A stretch of 63,587 nucleotides of DNA, counting the filler, from Octopus bimaculoides (taxonomy: Eukaryota): NCBI RefSeq assembly GCF_001194135.2. It is 4 parts of 4 records of this genome, joined end to end, with 100 filler letters (N's around TTAATTAATTAA, not from the genome) between each part and the next. Parts side by side here need not be neighbours in the genome. Positions count along the whole stretch, not along the records: positions 62,152 to 63,587 come from NW_026437343.1; 3 more parts are not named here. One strand, written 5' to 3'. A program made the translations under genes and the position numbers. Below, one piece after another: positions 63,090 through 63,587 of the stretch; the stretch's first letter is position 1, and each line of letters begins with the position of its first letter. The notes beneath the pieces are model-generated. The model was given only the letters and a program-made list of their open reading frames with translations, was not told the origin of the DNA and ran no database searches.

Positions 63090-63265
63090 CAGACACTTAA
63101 CTTTTGATCATTTTTATCCAGCCAGAAACAGGATTTGGAAGCTATCATTTTGTGCGTGACTGCAATTGTAAGACGACAAAACAATAATGTCAACATTGCG
63201 ACAAAAATACGTGCTTTAAGCGAAAAAATGACCCATGAAACAACACACACATTCTGTAGTTTTAA
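63090..63265 (+). mobile_element. Possible piggyBac-like C-terminal cysteine-rich domain remnant
   Basis: RHLTFDHFYP...CKTTKQ*CQHCDKNTCFKRKND..NTH resembles the C..C..T...C..C...LCF.....CF...H pattern, with stops and a frameshift. Confidence 0.4.
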
Positions 63266-63587
63266 GCATTTAATATGCATTTAATGCGGGAAGAAAAGAG
63301 TAAACACATTTTGTAGTTTTAAGAGCAGAAAAAAAAAATGGATACAAGCAGGTACAGCATAAAATATTAGTTTGTAAACACAGGTGGTTTGTCGTAAATG
63401 CTTTTTCAACGCTTGGTCTCATACTATGGAAAAAGGCACCTAAGATGTCTGTGGCTTTCGATTGGCTAAAATTACCCACGATTTGCAAACTTTAAAAGCT
63501 GTTAATTGTCTATTTATTGATTTATGGCGAAAATGTGAATAATGAGCATACAAAGCTACATCAATACTCCAAATCTGAAATCAATTG

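Overview
Repeat-dominated, AT-rich eukaryotic DNA. The SINE families, dense (CA)n/(TA)n/(TATG)n/(ATT)n microsatellites and gap style point to an octopus (coleoid cephalopod) draft genome; this is inference, not a database hit. There are many N-gaps, three of which are artificial 100-bp joins (44N-TTAATTAATTAA-44N), so the window is four stitched pieces. No host protein-coding gene can be identified with confidence; only a few weak exon candidates exist. Most ORF-track entries are microsatellite or N translations. The recognisable coding content is all transposon-derived: mariner/Tc1 (one full-length, TA-flanked 1.33-kb mariner), a DUF4817-type Tc1/mariner 5' end, a MULE, Penelope-like GIY-YIG remnants, R4/Dong-type LINEs, a Tx1/L1-type LINE, RTE LINE ends, a possible piggyBac C-terminus, and at least three tRNA-headed SINE families. 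The least expected signals are: (i) several degenerate minimal hammerhead-ribozyme-like motifs with self-complementary helix III, two inside near-perfect inverted repeats; (ii) several long or near-perfect fold-back structures; (iii) stacking of unrelated retroelement ends in (ATT)n arrays; (iv) a sharp CpG-depletion contrast between stitched pieces. None of these is demonstrated to be functional.
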